Source: Heptranchias perlo
Lineage: Eukaryota
Assembly: GCF_035084215.1 (NCBI RefSeq)
Contig: NW_027139242.1
Span: 372,001 to 436,000, forward strand
Direction: 5' to 3'
DNA: 64,000 nt
A program made the position numbers and the translations under genes. Numbering within the stretch: position 1 is the stretch's first letter; each line of letters opens with the position of its first letter. The notes under the pieces are model-generated. The model saw only the letters and a program-made list of their open reading frames with translations, was not told the origin of the DNA and ran no database searches. Shown piece after piece: positions 61,085-64,000 of this stretch.

Positions 61085-63310
61085 TCAATCCCGGGTATCT
61101 GTTATTCTATATATAAACTACCTGAACCCTTCGATTAGATTCCAGTCTGTAACTCACTCCCGGGTATCTGTTATTCTATATATAAACCCCCCAAACCCCT
61201 CGATTAGATTCCAGCCTGTAACTCACTCCCGGGTATCTGTTATTCTATATATAAACCCCCCGAACCCCTCGATTAGATTCCAGCCTGTAACTCACTCCCG
61301 GGTATCTGTTATTCTATATATAAACCCCCCGAACCCTTCGATTAGATTCCAGTCTGTAACTCACTCCCGGGTATCTGTTATTCTATATATAAACCCCCCA
61401 AACCCCTCGATTAGATTCCAGCCTGTAACTCACTCCCGGGTATCTGTTATTCTATATATAAACCCCCCGAACCCCTCGATTAGATTCCAGTCTGTAACTC
61501 ACTCCCGGGTATCTGTTATTCTATATATAAACCCCCCCGAACCCCTCGATTAGATTCCAGCCTGTAACTCACTCCCGGGTATCTGTTATTCTATATATAA
61601 ACCCCCCGAACCCCTCGATTAGATTCCAGTCTGTAACTCACTCCCGGGTATCTGTTATTCTATATATAAACCCCCCCGAACCCCTCGATTAGATTCCAGT
61701 CTGTAACTCACTCCCGGGTATCTGTTATTCTATATATAAACCCCCCAAACCCCTCGATTAGATTCCAGCCTGTAACTCACTCCCGGGTATCTGTTATTCT
61801 ATATATAAACCCCCCGAACCCCTCGATTAGATTCCAGCCTGTAACTCACTCCCGGGTATCTGTTATTCTATATATAAACCCCCCGAACCCCTCGATTAGA
61901 TTCCAGTCTGTAACTCACTCCCAGGTATCTGTTATTCTATATATAAACCCCCCAAACCCCTCGATTAGATTCCAGTCTGTAACTCACTCCCGGGTATCTG
62001 TTATTCTATATATAAACCCCCCGAACCCCTCGATTAGATTCCAGCCTGTAACTCACTCCTGAGTATCTGTTATTCTATATATAAACCCCCCCGAACCCCT
62101 CGATTAGATTCCAGCCTGTAACTCACTCCCGGGTATCTGTTATTCTATATATAAACCATCCAAACCCCTCGATTAGATTCCAGCCTGTAACTCACTCCTG
62201 AGTATCTGTTATTCTATATATAAACCCCCCGAACCCCTCGATTAGATTCCAGCCTGTAACTCACTCCCGGGTATCTGTTATTCTATATATAAACCCCCCG
62301 AACCCCTCGATTAGATTCCAGCCTGTAACTCACTCCCGGGTATCTGTTATTCTATATATAAACCCCCCGAACCCCTCGATTAGATTCCAGCCTGTAACTC
62401 ACTCCCGGGTATCTGTTATTCTATATATAAACCCCCCGAACCCCTCGATTAGATTCCAGCCTGTAACTCACTCCCGGGTATCTGTTATTCTATATATAAA
62501 CCCCCCGAACCCCTCGATTAGATTCCAGCCTGTAACTCACTCCCGGGTATCTGTTATTCTATATATAAACCCCCCGAACCCCTCGATTAGATTCCAGCCT
62601 GTAACTCACTCCCGGGTATCTGTTATTCTATATATAAACCCCCCGAACCCCTCGATTAGATTCCAGCCTGTAACTCACTCCCAGGTATCTGTTATTCTAT
62701 ATATAAACCCCCCGAACCCCTCGATTAGATTCCAGCCTGTAACTCACTCCCGGGTATCTGTTATTCTATATATAAACCCCCCGAACCCCTCGATTAGATT
62801 CCAGCCTGTAACTCACTCCCGGGTATCTGTTATTCTATATATAAACCCCCCGAACCCCTCGATTAGATTCCAGCCTGTAACTCACTCCCGGGTATCTGTT
62901 ATTCTATATATAAACCCCCCGAACCCCTCGATTAGATTCCAGCCTGTAACTCACTCCCGGGTATCTGTTATTCTATATATAAACCCCCCGAACCCCTCGA
63001 TTAGATTCCAGCCTGTAACTCACTCCCAGGTATCTGTTATTCTATATATAAACCCCCCGAACCACTCGATTAGATTCCAGCCTGTAACTCACTCCCAGGT
63101 ATCTGTTATTCTATATATAAACCCCCCCGAACCCCTCGATTAGATTCCAGCCTGTAACTCACTCCCAGGTATCTGTTATTCTATATATAAACCCCCCGAA
63201 CCCCTCGATTAGATTCCAGCCTGTAACTCACTCCCAGGTATCTGTTATTCTCTATATAAACCCTCCCGAACCCCACGGTTAGAGTCCAGCCTGTAACTCA
63301 TTCCCAGGTG
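61085..63310. repeat. 69-bp tandem satellite, about 32 copies, in GSC2 intron 1
   Basis: CTCACTCCCGGGTATCTGTTATTCTATATATAAACCCCCCGAACCCCTCGATTAGATTCCAGCCTGTAA. Confidence 0.97.
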
Positions 63311-63368
63311 CCCGTGAGGTAAACGCCTCGGTTCTGGTAACTCAGTCAGCGTGAGTACCTGCCATTAC

Positions 63369-63669
63369 CTGATGTTGGCGAGCAGTGGCACGAGGTTGGC
63401 CCAATGTGGGTGTAGCAGCAGATTGTGTTCCGGGCAATGCCTGGTGGTGCCCCTGGAGTGGGTGTGGGTACCGGTTGAGACATTAGGTGTTGTGAAGCTG
63501 TCTCCTCTCCTGGTGCCGGCTGTGGAAGAGAAGATGCAGAGCGCTGTGTGTGGCTGTGAGCGTCTGTCCCCGGCCCTCTCGCCATGCTGGATAAAATGCT
63601 CTCGATGGTAAACGGGCTCCTGGTGCCCACTGTGCCAGGAACCAGTGCTGATGCAGCTGGCACTGTCAT
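63369..63669 (-). CDS. GSC2: GSC2 exon 1 with eh1 Groucho-binding motif
   Basis: MTVPAASALVPGTVGTRSPFTIESILS...CCYTHIGPTSCHCSPTS; donor TCAG|gtaatg, phase 1; the three exons total 624 nt (207 aa). Confidence 0.82.
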
Positions 63670-63794
63670 TGCTTCAGATGTGCAGGGAAAGCATGTGGTG
63701 CTGTGAGTGTTCGATGATGGTTTGAAGTTGCCGTGTGCTTTATACTCCACACCTCCCAACCACTTTGTTCCCCCTCTCCTCTCACATGCGTTCA

Positions 63795-63900
63795 ACCTAT
63801 AAATAATCCCCAGGCAGGACAAACTTCACAATAAGGCATTCAGACTAATCTCCCCATGTTTAGTGAGCTGGATTGCAGATGTAAGATTGGACTAATCCTG
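63795..63900 (-). promoter_or_regulatory. GSC2 proximal promoter: TATA-like box and K50 homeodomain sites
   Basis: TATTTATAG on minus at 63797-63805; TAATCC at 63804 and 63893; TAATCT at 63846. Confidence 0.6.
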
Positions 63901-64000
63901 GCAGCATTCACTCAATAGCACATCTGATTTGTGCTGAAATGAGTTTGGATGAAAAAGTGCTAAGATGCTGAGCCTGGGCTGGGATGGGAGGGATTTTGGA

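Overview
Vertebrate genomic DNA, most likely a cartilaginous fish (inferred from the Deu-domain SINE and the CR1/L2/Penelope repeat content). The window is syntenic with human 22q11.2 (DiGeorge region). It holds DGCR2 exon 1 (-), an intronless TSSK1/2 kinase (+), a complete 10-exon ESS2/DGCR14 (-, 474 aa) and a 3-exon GSC2-type K50 homeobox gene (-, about 207 aa), in the human order and orientation. The rest is nested CR1, L2 and Penelope-like retroelements, Deu-type SINEs and more than 15 minisatellites, which explain most long low-complexity ORFs. Highlights: five minimal hammerhead-ribozyme motifs in two Penelope families; a Penelope copy with inverted pLTRs and a TSD; a roughly 110-bp Penelope remnant forming a perfect 41-bp hairpin; K50 TAATCC sites next to the GSC2 TATA box; a minisatellite grown from a SINE core; and a long repeat-rich TSSK tail. 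All coordinates were read by eye and repeat boundaries are approximate.
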